Source: Octopus sinensis
Lineage: Eukaryota
NCBI RefSeq assembly: GCF_006345805.1
Contig: NC_042998.1
Span: forward strand, 201,190,001 to 201,254,000
Direction: 5' to 3'
Length of the DNA stretch: 64,000 nucleotides
Shown here: positions 11,690-24,390 of the stretch, piece by piece
How the letters are laid out: the number at the start of each line of letters is the position of its first letter
Numbering within the stretch: the stretch's first letter is position 1
Notes under the pieces: generated by a model
The model's database searches: none
Told to the model about the DNA's origin: nothing
Seen by the model: only the letters and a program-made list of their open reading frames with translations
Translations under genes and position numbers: made by a program

Positions 11690-14600
11690 AACCAACTATA
11701 AACGCTAAGGCAGATGATAATCAAATAGATGAAGAAAGGCACACAAATATTGACCTAACAGAACTACATGATCTAAAAATTGAAATTATGATTGAATAGC
11801 TGAAAAGTAAAGTAACCAGTATAAATGAACGCGATACTCTTCTAAATATTTGCAATTCTAATCAAAACCTGAAAATAGTTGGTAAAATCCGCTTTTCATT
11901 TAAGGATATAATATCAGTTAATGATGTTGATATTACAGATCTCAACCGCCGGTATTATGCATCCGCGAAAATCTCAACATTTCTATGTTGTGAAAAGATT
12001 AGAAAACGACAACTTTCCCCAAAAAAACCTTCTTGGCAAGAGCGTATTCAACACCAAATGAAGCTACTTAGGTCTGATATAGAATGTTTGAAAATGTTTA
12101 AGTCTGACAAGACTATCAAACCTACAAAAACCTGAAAATTAAAGAAAAAATATAATGATAACCATACTTTAATTGATACCACCATAGAAACCATCAAGAA
12201 AATGTTATGTGCTAAAGCATCACGCATAGCGAGGCATTAAAAGCGCGTTAGATACTTCAAAGACAACAACATGTAAAAAAAGTAACCCCAAAGTTTTTAC
12301 AAGAAGATAAGGAATATACCAGTTACAGTAGAATCTGTCCCATCAAAGGAAGAAGAGCAGGAATTTTGGAATAAAATTTGAGCAGAAGAAAAACACACAC
12401 AGTGTAAAGGTCTCTATCTAGAGGATGTAGTAAATGGTAGAGGGCGTCACCATCGTTTGGAACTTCCCAATATTTACAGACTTAGACTCCTTAGAAGAGC
12501 TAAATTGGGTGGGTGTCAAGGTAGAAGATATAAAATCTGCTCTCAGGAGGTCAAGCAAACGGAAGTCTCAAGGAAAGGATGACATCCCTAACTTCTGGTT
12601 GAATGCCTTCCCAGAGAGCCATGAAGTGCTAACAAAACTTTACAACGATGTTTTGCAACATCTTAGTATGATCCCCGCTTGGCTAGTTAAGGGTTTAATA
12701 TTCCTACTTACAACAAAATAAGAAACAAATGAACCAATAAATTATCGACCCGTAACCTACTTAACAACAATATATAACACGCTAACATCTGTCCTGACTG
12801 AATATACCTATAGTTTTTTAATAGAAAGTGGCATATTCCCTAATGAGCAAAAAGGATGTAAACGTGGCTCGTATGGTTGTAAATATCAGCTACTCATCAA
12901 ATAGATGATCTTAGAAGATTGTCACAAACGACAGAAAAGCTTGTCGATAACCTGGATACACTATAATAAAGCTTTTGATAGCCTACAACATAGCTGGATT
13001 AAGAAACTTCTGGAAATGTATAAAATAGCGCCCACTCTGCAAAACCTTTTGGCTGTAAGCATGAGACCATGGAGAACCACACTGATTTTGAACAGTGACA
13101 ATGAAATTCTAATTGCTGGTGACGTAAGAATTTCATGTGGCATATTCCGGGTGACTCACTATCACTACTCGTCTTTTGTTTAACTTAATACCTGTCTGAA
13201 AATTGCTCAATGTTGCACAATACGGTTATAAAATGTTTGATAAAAATATAAATCATCTCATTTACATGGAGGATTTAAAGCTCTTTGCCAAAACCGACCA
13301 ATAACACAGGGGCTTAGACCCAGAGTTAGACCCAGCGGAGAGCTACAAGTACCTAGGGGAATTGAAGGGGACAGAATAAGTCATTCAGTGATGAAGGAGA
13401 GGATCAGGAGATAATGTTATCGCAGAGTAAGAGCAATACTCAAGACAGAGCTGGATGCGAGAAACAGGATCGAAGTGATCAATGCTTTAGCCATACCAGT
13501 CGTGACTTACAGTTTCAATATTGTTAACTGGTCAATTACTGAAATATGTAATCTTGACAGAAAAATAAGAAAACTGTTGACAAGGCATAGAATGCACCAC
13601 CCTAAGGCAGATATAGAATGACTTTATCTGCCAAGAAAAGAGGGAGGTCGTGGACTTTTACAACTGGCAATAACAATGAAGATTGCTACAATTGGCCGAG
13701 ACACCTACCTGAAAAACTCTGAGGACTGGATGTTAAAACTTGTCTCAAAACATGAAAACAAGAAATCATCATACTCAGTAACAAAACAGGCAAAGGAATA
13801 TCTAAGGGAATTCCGAATACAAAAAATTTCGGAATTAGACATACAAGAAACAAGCACAGAAAAAAGTTAAGCGCATGAAAACCCGTGCCGAAACTGCTGC
13901 CTTACATATTCTGAATGATAAATGGCAAGAAAAATCTCCCTATGGCAAATACCCAAAAGAGAGCGTATAATGCAGATGATGACAAAGCCCTGACCCATCA
14001 ATGGCTAATGCCCTCTGGCTTAAAATCTGAAACAGAAGGGTTTATCATAGCAGCTCAAGATCAATGCCTACCAACATGGAACTACCAGGCCAACATATTA
14101 AAGAGCGGCAGTAGCCCAACATGTCGTGAATGTCAACAACAAAATGAAACCATTGATCATATTGTCTCCAAGTGCAGTCTTCTTGCGCCTACAGAGTATC
14201 TCAACAGATACGATAGAGCTGCACAATATATTCACTGGGTAATTTGCAAAAACCTGTATTTGCCTCATGAAAAAAACTGGTGGGAACACAAACCACGTCC
14301 AGTGCTTGGTAATGACCACATCTCACTCCTCTGGAACTTCACCATTCAAACTGACAGAAAGATAGATGCAAATAGGCCAGACATCATATTGAAAGACTTC
14401 AGACAAAGAACATGCCTCTTCATTGATATGACTGTCCCAATCGATATAAACGTATCTGTCAAGACCTACCAAAAACTGAGCAAATATAAAGATCTTGAAA
14501 TAGAAATCAGCAAAATGTGGAACCTGAAGACTAAAACAATACCTGTTGTCATAGGTTCCCTAGGAATGATAGCAAAAGGGGGTGATTGCTATGTAACTCA

Positions 14601-14880
14601 GATACCAAGAAACCCCAAAATGGCAGAAATTCAAAAGACAGTGTTCATGAGAACTGCTCATATCCTACGCAAAATACTTTCTATGTAATATCAATTTTTA
14701 AAACAAACACAATTTGCGTATGGTTCTTTAGCCATTCACTAGGACAACACTAAATACAAAACCAACTATATGGCACACTAGGCATAACAACAACATGAAC
14801 TTCCAACCTGTTGTCTCTTGAGGTCTCTGGATGAGACTTGGAGCCAACTTGTACAAATGTAAAGCAAAAGTCAAACATAG
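11690..14880 (+). mobile_element. Near-full-length but pseudogenised R4/Dong-like non-LTR retrotransposon (RT, CCHC, RLE)
   Basis: ORF pieces KSQGKDDIPNFWL (RT0/1), WIHYNKAFDSLQHSWI (RT2/3), HLIYMEDLKLFAK (RT5), GLKSETEGFIIAAQDQ, CRECQQQNETIDHIVSKC (CCHC) and NRPDIILKD...FIDMTVP...KYKDLE (RLE); stops and frameshifts throughout; flanked by (AAT)n on both sides. Confidence 0.9.
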
Positions 14881-14924
14881 AATAATAATATTAATGATAA
14901 GAATAATAATAACAACAACAACAA

Positions 14925-14955
<31 letters not shown>

Positions 14956-14974
14956 AAGAAGAAGAAGAAGAAGA

Positions 14975-15033
<59 letters not shown>

Positions 15034-15086
15034 CCGTATTATTATTATTATTATCATCATTATCATTACCGTTATTATTATTATTA

Positions 15087-15137
<51 letters not shown>
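14880..15137. repeat. (AAT)(AAC)(AAG)n then (ATT)n; tails of two convergent elements
   Basis: Strand polarity flips at about 14975; SINE-like sequence follows at 15138-15240. Confidence 0.9.
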
Positions 15138-15138
<1 letters not shown>

Positions 15139-16027
15139 CAATTCTACCAAAGGCACAAGGCCTTACATTTAGTGGGAGGGCACTAGTGAATTACGTTGAC
15201 CCCAGTGTTTCACTGGTACTGAAAATACTTAATTTATCGGCCACTAAGTGAGCGCAAACCTCTGCCAAAAGAACGCCAACGTCTTCTCAACAATTAGCCG
15301 GAGATGATGATTTAAAATATATCCAAAATTACCTAGACTACTACACTTACAAACGTGAATACTCAAAATGAACCCGATCGCTCTGAAACATTAAGTAAAA
15401 AAAAAAGCGGAAAATAATCCAGTATCTTTGTCCGGTACATGATTTATCGAAATAGTAGTCATGTAATATGAAGGTGGGTCTGCGGGCCGCGTTTGGAATG
15501 CTGTATGCGTATCGTCTGCAGTGGGAACCGTGACAGTTTACTCTATGAAGACCAGTTTTAGTCTATCCATTGATATAGTCTCTGTACGTTCTTTAAGATC
15601 TAGAGTGAAAAGTTTATCCGTTCGTGAAAGAAAATCGAAATGACCTGCATACGGTGCTGTTAACGAAGGTTCAACAACATCTTTGCGCAGAAAAACGTGA
15701 CTCCAACAAGTAAACCTTCCTTGAAAGCAGAGCTAGAAATGCAGTTGGGAAGTAGGTAAGATGTTTTAAACAGGAGCGATATATTCAAAATTGGTAAAAT
15801 TTAAAATTGTCGAGGATAAATTGAATTTATAATGGTTACTGAATACGTTAGTGTTTTTTTTAATTCTGAACGGTTTTACTGCTGTTTGTTTATGTAGGTT
15901 GATTTTTTTTTTATCCACCAGTTTCCACTAAGATACAGAGTGTAATTAATAGTAGAGAAACAAAAATAAATCTTTAGAAACAGTAACGCCGCCAAAACAT
16001 ACATGTAATCCATGAGCGTACTTTCAT

Positions 16028-16272
16028 GGGAGATAATCAGAGAAATACTTGAAAGTCAACGTAAGATCGTATTATTTTATGCAAAGACGAGTAAATATAG
16101 AAAACTATCCAGAATCCTCATCCGGTACTGGATCGATCCTTAAATCTAATCCAATCAGTTCGTGTCAGTCACGAGACCAAACATCCCAGAAAGTTTCATC
16201 CGAATCCGTTCAGCGGTTCTTGAGATACCTTGTCCACGGACAAACAAACGAACAAACACGACTGAAAACAAA
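16028..16272 (+). mobile_element. Short interspersed element resembling non-autonomous Helitron/DINE-1-like repeats, copy 1
   Basis: Near-identical to 31144-31382; contains aagtttcatccgaatccgttcagcggttcttgagata...acaaacaaac. Family assignment is by resemblance only. Confidence 0.55.
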
Positions 16273-16333
16273 AGAAGAAGAAGAAGAAGAAGAAGAAGAA
16301 GAAGAAGAAGAAGAAGGAGAAGAAGGAGAAGAA

Positions 16334-16365
<32 letters not shown>

Positions 16366-16457
16366 AGGAGAAGAAGAAGAAGAAGAAGAAGAAGAAGAAG
16401 AAGGAGAAGAGAAGGAGAAGAAGGAGAAGAAGAGAAGAAGAAGAGGAAGAAGAAGGA

Positions 16458-16489
<32 letters not shown>

Positions 16490-16680
16490 AGGAGAAGGAG
16501 AAGGAGAAGGAGAAGAAGGAGAAGAAGAAGAAGAAGAAGAAGAAGAAGAAGAAGGAGGAGAAGGAGAAGGAGAAAAAGAAAAGAAGAAGAAGAAGAAGAA
16601 GAAGAAGAAGGAGAAGAAGGAGAAGAAGAAGAGGAAGAAAAAGAAGAAGAAGAAGAAGAAGAAGAAGAAGAAGAAGAAGG
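16270..16680. repeat. ~410-bp pure polypurine (GAA/GGA)n tract
   Basis: Direct reading; source of the poly-E/R/K ORFs. Confidence 0.95.
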
Positions 16681-17204
16681 TTCAACAAGGAAATCATATA
16701 TTAATCATGTGACTGCGGATATGATTACAATCTTCATTACAGGAGATGGCGTATAAAATTTGATACCTTGTGATGAACATCAGCCATGGTGGGTTACCGT
16801 AATTGAGAAGTGAAAAAACACAACATGAACAAAGATTATCATCAGGTAGAAAAGGAAATTAGCTATAAAATATTAAGTAATTCGTTTTAAGTTGATTAGT
16901 AACGAAACTTTTGCAAATCGCACGAATATGGTATCAAATGATATTGATGATATCTCATGAAAATAAAGCGATACTCAAACGTATCATATGAGAGCGAATG
17001 GGATTACTAGCAGGCTAATTAGAAAAGTTGGTTTCCTAGACATGCAATAAAACAAATATGATAACTAATATGAAATCGTTTGACATGCATATTTTACAAT
17101 GTTATATTACTTAAGCAAATTGATAAAAATCTCGAGGATGATCAGAAGATCAAACTTGTCCGCTACTTGACTAGTACATTATATTCAAGGAAATCCAACC
17201 GTGT

Positions 17205-17530
17205 TTCGTGGTCTGCTACCACAACAGCTCCTTTATAGGATCCAGTTAGCTCAAGACATCATCAGGAGGAACCGCGTTCGGTTTTGGCCCCTACTCCTCC
17301 ACCGTTTTGACGTGCCCCCACTCCCACCCTATTTTCGAAGGTGCCTTCAGTTCTGGTGTCGGGTGCATGTCTTCTTTCTTCTTCTCTCTTCTGTTACCTG
17401 GCCTCTTCGGTTTAGAGTCAACGAGTGTCAGCCGGCGACTGACTTACTTGTCAATTTTTTCCCCTTTAAATACCTGCCGCTAGGCTCCAGTAGGCAGCCC
17501 CAGAAAGTTGCCACATGACACTGTCTCAAC
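17205..17530 (-). mobile_element. Orphan 3' UTR fragment homologous to the HERO-like element at 50617-52089
   Basis: Colinear with 50628-50960; shares tttcgtggt.tgctacc.caacagctcctttataggatccag and gacatcatcaggaggaacc. Confidence 0.75.
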
Positions 17531-19284
17531 TTTAACTAATCAATGAATGCGTAGTCTTAGCCCATGCATTCTCTAAACGACCGTCACCCGTCAGTCAACG
17601 AAGCTGATTCAGTGTCATCTTGTCTCACCTAGTGATGTTATTTCCCGCCGTCATGTTATGATTTTCAACCCATACTAGCTAGAAAAAAGATAAAGAAGTA
17701 ACGATATTTGAACACATAGAATATAAACAGCCAGAGCAAATCCTGCAAGACATTATCCGATGCATTGACGATCCACTACACTTTCATAACATCATAATAC
17801 AAACCGGTAACAGAGGGTGAAATAAAACACCCGAAATTCAGAATTACAACGGCTTCCACAAAATTCAAATGATGTTTGGAAAGTCATTGTGAATCTTGTA
17901 ATTTGACACTGAAACAGCGACAGAATTTATAGATATATTTCAAAGGCAGAGAAAACATATTTGAGTTGGAGAACATTAACAACAGGTGGTTTTTGACGTC
18001 TATTTCTGACAGTATTTATGGCAAAATTTCAATATAGCATTGTTATGTAATCTCTAATATTCTTGCAATAATTATATTCGCTGAATTGAAAAATCTCGTG
18101 AAATAGATTACTTGCTTCCATAGCCTATGTGTCTGTCTAGCAGTGTATTCGAATTTCCTTTCTTTGGTAGTTTTCATGGTTTGATTGTTAATTTATTTCT
18201 TTTATTTCTTTCCCGTTTTTTAATGATTTCATTGATTCCTCTCTGTCTTTATATTAAATATCTTTTTTAACATTTATTGTTGAACTTGTAATAAATTTTC
18301 TTTATAATGTTTTATAATGAAATTCTGTGTCGTTACAGTTGTGTATATGTCAGAATTATGTATGTACACATGTAGGAGTTCTTGACGAAACTTTAAATAC
18401 TTTAATTATATTTTAGTGTCACAGATGTAATTATAGATGCTGATGTTATTGTTTTAAAAAGAGCTCGCACAATATAAACATAGAATACTAACGAGATATA
18501 TTATTGAAATAGTATAGCGTTATTTCTAATGTTTTATGCTATTATATTTTGTGTTAGTATATCATTTAGAGTATGGGTTTTTTATTGCCTTAAATATTAG
18601 AGCAAGGGTGATGTCACTTTCCTTTTAGAAAACGTTCAACGCTCACTAGAAGAAAGTGGGAAGATGTTCTCACATCGGCAACTTTATCCGGTTTCAAATA
18701 TAGTACACTGCAAGAGTGACTCACCCACTATATAAGTAGGTTCAGTTGAGCGCCAAATTAAGTCTACCATCCAATTGTACGAACAGCTCTTCATATAGGA
18801 TTCCGCATAATTTCCAATTACCAAATCTCTCACTCAGTTCTTTGATTGACCCCTGATGTGACAGAGACATTTGGCCATGTACGACTGCGATTCGTATCGA
18901 CCTCACCATAACCAGTATATTCTATTTTTCTTTTATGATAATATTTCATAGTATACGAGGCAGAATGGTATTGCACTTACCTTGTTATATTTTGTGCGTA
19001 TGTTAGATATGCAGGTCCCAAAATATCAAAATATAAGAATATTTAACATGCTTTCATCTCGGCAAGGATTTGCAGGTTCGAATTGAATTGACTCAGAGTC
19101 AATGTGCCTCAAGATGCCCTCTATATAGATACAGTTATTTTTACTTATCATGAAAAATGTCTATTTTTTATGTTACCGGATGGAAAACAAGAGAAATAGC
19201 GCCTATAACATTTTATAGTACTCTGGATCTGATCAGACAGAATTGCAGTTCTCTATTTAAGAGATGTAGAATTATAATATGCCT

Positions 19285-19510
19285 GTGAGCATATAGCGTA
19301 ATAGTTAGAGCGGGGGCTACTAACCCCAAGATTCAGAGTTCGATTCCAGGCAGTGACCTGAATAATAACAGCATCTAAAAATATCTTAGGAATGAGAACC
19401 CTGGTTCCAAATTTCCCCAAGACACCTGATGAAGGCTGGAGGGTATATCAGCCGAAACCTTGTGTTAGCAATAGACAAGATGAGGACAAATCCCTGTCAA
19501 ATATAAATAA
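19285..19510 (+). mobile_element. tRNA-derived SINE with hammerhead-containing 3' part
   Basis: A box tagcgtaatagttag, anticodon-like arm gggg-ctactaa-cccc, B box gttcgattcc, then an HHR motif. Confidence 0.75.
19421..19466 (+). ncRNA. Minimal type-I hammerhead motif
   Basis: GACAC-CTGATGA-a-GGCTG-gagggtatat-CAGCC-GAA-ACCT-T-GTGTT: stem I GACAC/GTGTT, stem II 5 bp, intact CUGAUGA/GAAA core; stem III ACCT is one base off the palindrome ACGT. Confidence 0.7.
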
Positions 19511-20360
19511 TGAAAATAATGTGGACAGAATTGGTTAATACTTAGATTGATATTTTGGTGCAAATGTATAATTCCTGAGAGGAAATAAAATGATTGAAAC
19601 ATAAATCCTCGCTACTGGAATTATCAACTATGTTTACTCCTTCATCTGAAGCGGTGTTTTGAATATGAAAGAACATATTACATAAGGCTTACTAATTACA
19701 CTAAGTTTGGAATACTAACCAGAAAATTGTGTTTTTACAATGCTCTAATCGATTTCGGTTGTTATGGGATTGACAGAATCCTAAGATGAAACAGAATTGT
19801 TGAAGATTCTATCGCTGGATATTGATCCCATTTATTAATACTATATTTCGATGTGCATGACGCTGAAACACCAATAAAGAATAAATGAGTGGGAGTTACA
19901 TTGAGTACGTCGTTCAGGAGAAATATTCAGTTTAGTAGTCCAGGGTAACACAGATCAAAGAACAGTGTATGGGAAGATGGATATGGAGAAAAGCGTGTGT
20001 ATTGCTTGCAAAGAGTTTGCCGGGAGAATTTACGATAAAACTTTTGGTGCGTTTCTTTTTATTGATGTCAGCATATTGGGGGAAAAAAACGTATTTTTAA
20101 GAATTATTTTACTCGTATTCGTTAGAGGAAATAGAACGTCTGCTAAATCTGTACCTGGTGTCCATGGCTCACGGAAAGAAAATTTGTCTGTTCTCAGACA
20201 AGAGGTTTGGCTTCCAATGTGTCATTGATGCCAGCATATTGGGAACAAACTCACACTTTTAAGCATCATTTTGTATGTTTTACTTCGAGAAAATAGAATA
20301 TCTATTAATCATGTACCTGGACTCCAAGGCTCAGGGAAAGAATTTAGGCTGTCATATATT

Positions 20361-20958
20361 TATTTCTTTATTGTCTACAAGCAGCTAAACATAGAGGATA
20401 CAAACAAGGACAGACAAAGGGATTACGTCGATTAAATCGACCCCAGTACGTAACTAGTATTTATTTAATCGACCTCGAAAGGATAGAAGCTAAAGTCGAC
20501 CTCGGCGGAATTTGAACTCAGAACGTAACGGCAGTTGGAATACCTATTTCTTTACTACCTACAAGGGGCTAAACACAGAGAGGATAAACAAGGGCAGACA
20601 AATTGATTAAGTCGATTAAATCGACCCCAGTACGTAACTGGTATTTATTTAATCGACGCCGAAAGGATGAAAGGCAAAGTCGACCTCGGCGAAGTTTGAA
20701 TTCAGAACGTAACGGCAGTCGGAATACCTATTTCTTTACCACCCACAAGGGGCTAAACACAGGGAGGACAAACAAGGACAAACAATCGGATTAAGTCGAC
20801 TATATCGACCCCAGTGCGTAACTGGTATTTATTTAATCGACGCCGAAAGGATGAAAGGCAAAGTCACCTCGGCGGAATTTGAACTCAGAACGTAACGGCA
20901 GACGAAATACGGCTACGCATTTCGCCCGACGTGCTAACGATTCTGCCAGCTCGCCGCT
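20361..20958 (-). mobile_element. Head-to-tail trimer of family-A SINE, 184-bp period
   Basis: Units start at 20361, 20545 and 20729; only the last has the tRNA head; gctgtcatat flanks both sides. Confidence 0.9.
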
Positions 20959-21722
20959 GTCATATATTCACAGATAAGAGGTTTGCCATGCGACCATGCG
21001 ACGTGATTACTACACGAACGCCATTAAAAACCATTAATATATCGAAATACTTTGTTTTATTTGTAGTTTTTTTTTTTCTTCTTGAAAGTTGAGGGCGAAA
21101 GCATTATTGCAACTGGTATTTCAGTAATTATACCATTAAAGCAATGTGTATTTCAACTACTTGAGTTATAAGTCCTTTGGATCATACTTTTAAATCACTT
21201 TCATATTGCTGTGAATTATTGTGTTTCTTCTTGTTATAGTAACTGTTGTATCTGCCAATAGAATGTGGACACTGAAATATAAACTTCGGTGAAATAAACT
21301 TAAATTTCTTAAACCCGATTTCGCTTATTAAAACCACAGAAATTTAGAAACCAAACAAGTGAGTCGAATAAACTTTTACCCCCGAGATGAAACTCAAGTG
21401 CTTTTAGAATAAAGTCTACGACATTCACTCTCGTTAAAGTATTTATATAAAGTGGATGTAAGGTCTATTAATTCCATATCAGATAAAATGCTGTACACCA
21501 TCCTGAGTTTGCCAAGTGCATTAGAAACGAATATCGATAAAAGGTTGTCCAAATTTGTTTGCTATGTTGTTAACCAGAAACATATCTGTTTCTCTCGTGT
21601 ATAAGGAAAATATGGTCAGGAATATTCGCTTTGTTCCAATGTTTGCTTATCTTAAACACGAAAACGTTATTGTTTATATTGAAGTAAAAAATATAGTTAA
21701 TATTGAATATTGAAATAATATA

Positions 21723-21952
21723 TATTTCTTTACTATCCACAAGGGGCTAAACATAGAGGGGACAAACAAGCACAGACAAACGGATTAAGTCGATTACATC
21801 GACCCCAGTGCGTAATTGGTATTTTATTTATCGAACCCGAAAGGATGAAAGGCAAAGTCTACCTCGGCGGAACTTGAACTCAAAACATAACGTCAGACGA
21901 AATACCGCTAAACATTTCGCTCGGGTCACTAACGTTTCTGCCAGCTCGCCGC
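21723..21952 (-). mobile_element. Family-A SINE, full length
   Basis: Same consensus as 5207-5438. Confidence 0.9.
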
Positions 21953-23669
21953 ATATATAATATAGACTTATCCTGATGTCATTCTAATGTCCAGAACAAC
22001 ACTAGCAATTAATGCTATTTAATCTTTTGTTGACATGCCAAGGCACTGCTATTTGAATCTGGTGGATGTATACATATATATGTGGTAAAACTTAGCGAAT
22101 TAAACTAATTGACAACCGAATATCTTGTATATGGATCATCACACATTTTATATCGTTTATCATCCTTCACAGAAATTTCAGATTCATTCGACTGTTTAAA
22201 TGTTCTCAGTTTGCAAATGTTAAAGCCATTAGAAAAAGGAAAATATTTTTTGAGAGGTACATGATACATCAGAATGGACTACTTTTATTTACCTCAAGCT
22301 AACAAATTATCCTAAATCTAGTCATTCAACCTGCTAGAAATATCAACCAATTCTATCAAATTGTACAATATTGCCTGAAATATTGAGGAATGCACTAACA
22401 ATATAATCTGTGAAGTAAAAATGATGAGGAGAGTAGGACTGGAAATATATTAACCACTGTTCGTTCGAACCATACTTTTCACCTATACTAAACAAAATGA
22501 TAGACCTAACGAAGCCAATCCTCCCTAGATATACACAAACGATCCACACAGTTCCATTTCTTTTAAATAAATCGCCAATATTTGTGGCCATATTGTAAAT
22601 ATCTGAAAAAATAAAACATCTATTTTTGTTATAACACACACTTCTTATTTTTTAGCATTTTTTGTTCAGGTAGAAATAGAATTTCTTTTTTTTTTCTTTT
22701 TTTCACTATTTACATTCGAATTGTCTGACATAGCTTTTAAGTAGAAACTAAATCATCTAGACATTATGAAAACAGAGAACAACAGCATCAGCAACAGAAC
22801 TGCGAGAGCAACATTATGACAACGAGAGGAAAAGAAAACATACTCATAGATAGATTCAAACGGGGAGGAGTGTGTTAATTTGAAATTGCAGAAGAAGTGA
22901 AAAGAAGATGAGAAATGAAAATAGTTAAGTTTGGTGAAGTATAATTCAGAATATATAAACATCATCAACGACACAAACAACTTCAAAAATATTCCAATCA
23001 ACGTGAATGCCATCAAGTAGATATCAAATGCAAAACAATGTTAAGATCAACATAATTTCATCAAGAATAGTAATATAAGTAGGATAAAAAAGATAATGAA
23101 ACAAACGATGGATGCATTCAATAAAACTGTAATTACTAACACAAACTTACACATAATTATACCCGCTAACAATATATAAAAAATACACACATTCATTAAA
23201 AATATTCATGAGTAAACAAGCAATTTTTTCACAAGATATAAACAAACAAGGAAAACATTATCAAAAACGGAATCATTATCAGAGTTTATAACGCGTTGGT
23301 CAAAATAGTTTGCAGCATTTTCTATAAATCTTTACATTGTGAATCCAAATCCAACCGAAGTAGTATTTGCTTCCAGTCTCTCCAGAGCCGAATACAATAA
23401 AGTACAACTCGTATACTAGGGCCCATTTCATTGACTAATTCACTATTTCTAAAACTGCAAGTATTGTACCTCAATCAACAACAAGTATTACTAAGTGCGA
23501 GGTAGAATAGTTAGGACATCAGAAAAAAATATTAAAAATATTGTTATATTTCCTCAGTCTCTTTGCTTTCTGAATTCAAATACGGGGGTCAACTAATGGC
23601 AATTCAGGCAGATAATCCTCAAGTCCAAAACTTGGAATTGTTTTGCCAAATTAGAAGTCATTAATGTCA

Positions 23670-23815
<146 letters not shown>

Positions 23816-23816
23816 G

Positions 23817-24390
23817 GTTGAAAATTGCACGCATCTAACAAAATGTGTAGCAGAATTTCTTCCGACCTTTTTATATTCTGAGTACAATTATCATCGACAT
23901 TAATTCTGCCTTTCACTAAACTGAGTACCAATCAAGTCCTGGGATTTATGTAATTGTCTTATTCCTTCTCGTTAAAATTGCTGTCATTTGCCAACATTAT
24001 TTGCGTTTAGATTTCATGACGGGATTTACTGTTCTATGATCCAATCTTCATAACTTTCCCTTCTTTTGCGTTCCTTCGTTGGTAATTTGATATTTAAGTG
24101 CACCCGCCAAACCCAGTTCTTCTACGGTGGTATGTAGGTCAGGTATTATGGGTGTTGTTGTAGTGAACTTTCCTCTCTTGAAAGTTGCTTTTGCACACTT
24201 ATGCCCAAATGCCATTCCTAACAGTTGCAAAAATTCCTTCAGAGTTATTGACTGTGATTCTAACTCCTGATCGTTCTTAACCCATAGTTTCGGATCATCT
24301 ATAAAGAATAAGTCATTTATTGTATGTGAGTTTGTTTTCCTACCCTCTGCTTTTTTCAGCACACTAGACAGCCAAAAGAATATCACACAT
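23817..24390 (-). mobile_element. R4/Dong-like RT fragment (domains 5-7/thumb), decayed
   Basis: INDLFFIDDPKLWVKNDQELES...GMAFGHKCAKATFKRGK; abuts (TAA)n on the coding strand. Confidence 0.7.

Noticed and set aside
16049-16756. 235-aa Glu/Arg-rich ORF and its overlapping frames
   Set aside because: Produced by the GAA/GGA tract plus a repeat element that recurs at 31144.
19285-19355. Possible tRNA gene; likewise the heads at 9941, 36577 and 40900
   Set aside because: A/B boxes are present, but there is no complete acceptor stem or Pol III terminator and the sequence continues into SINE bodies.
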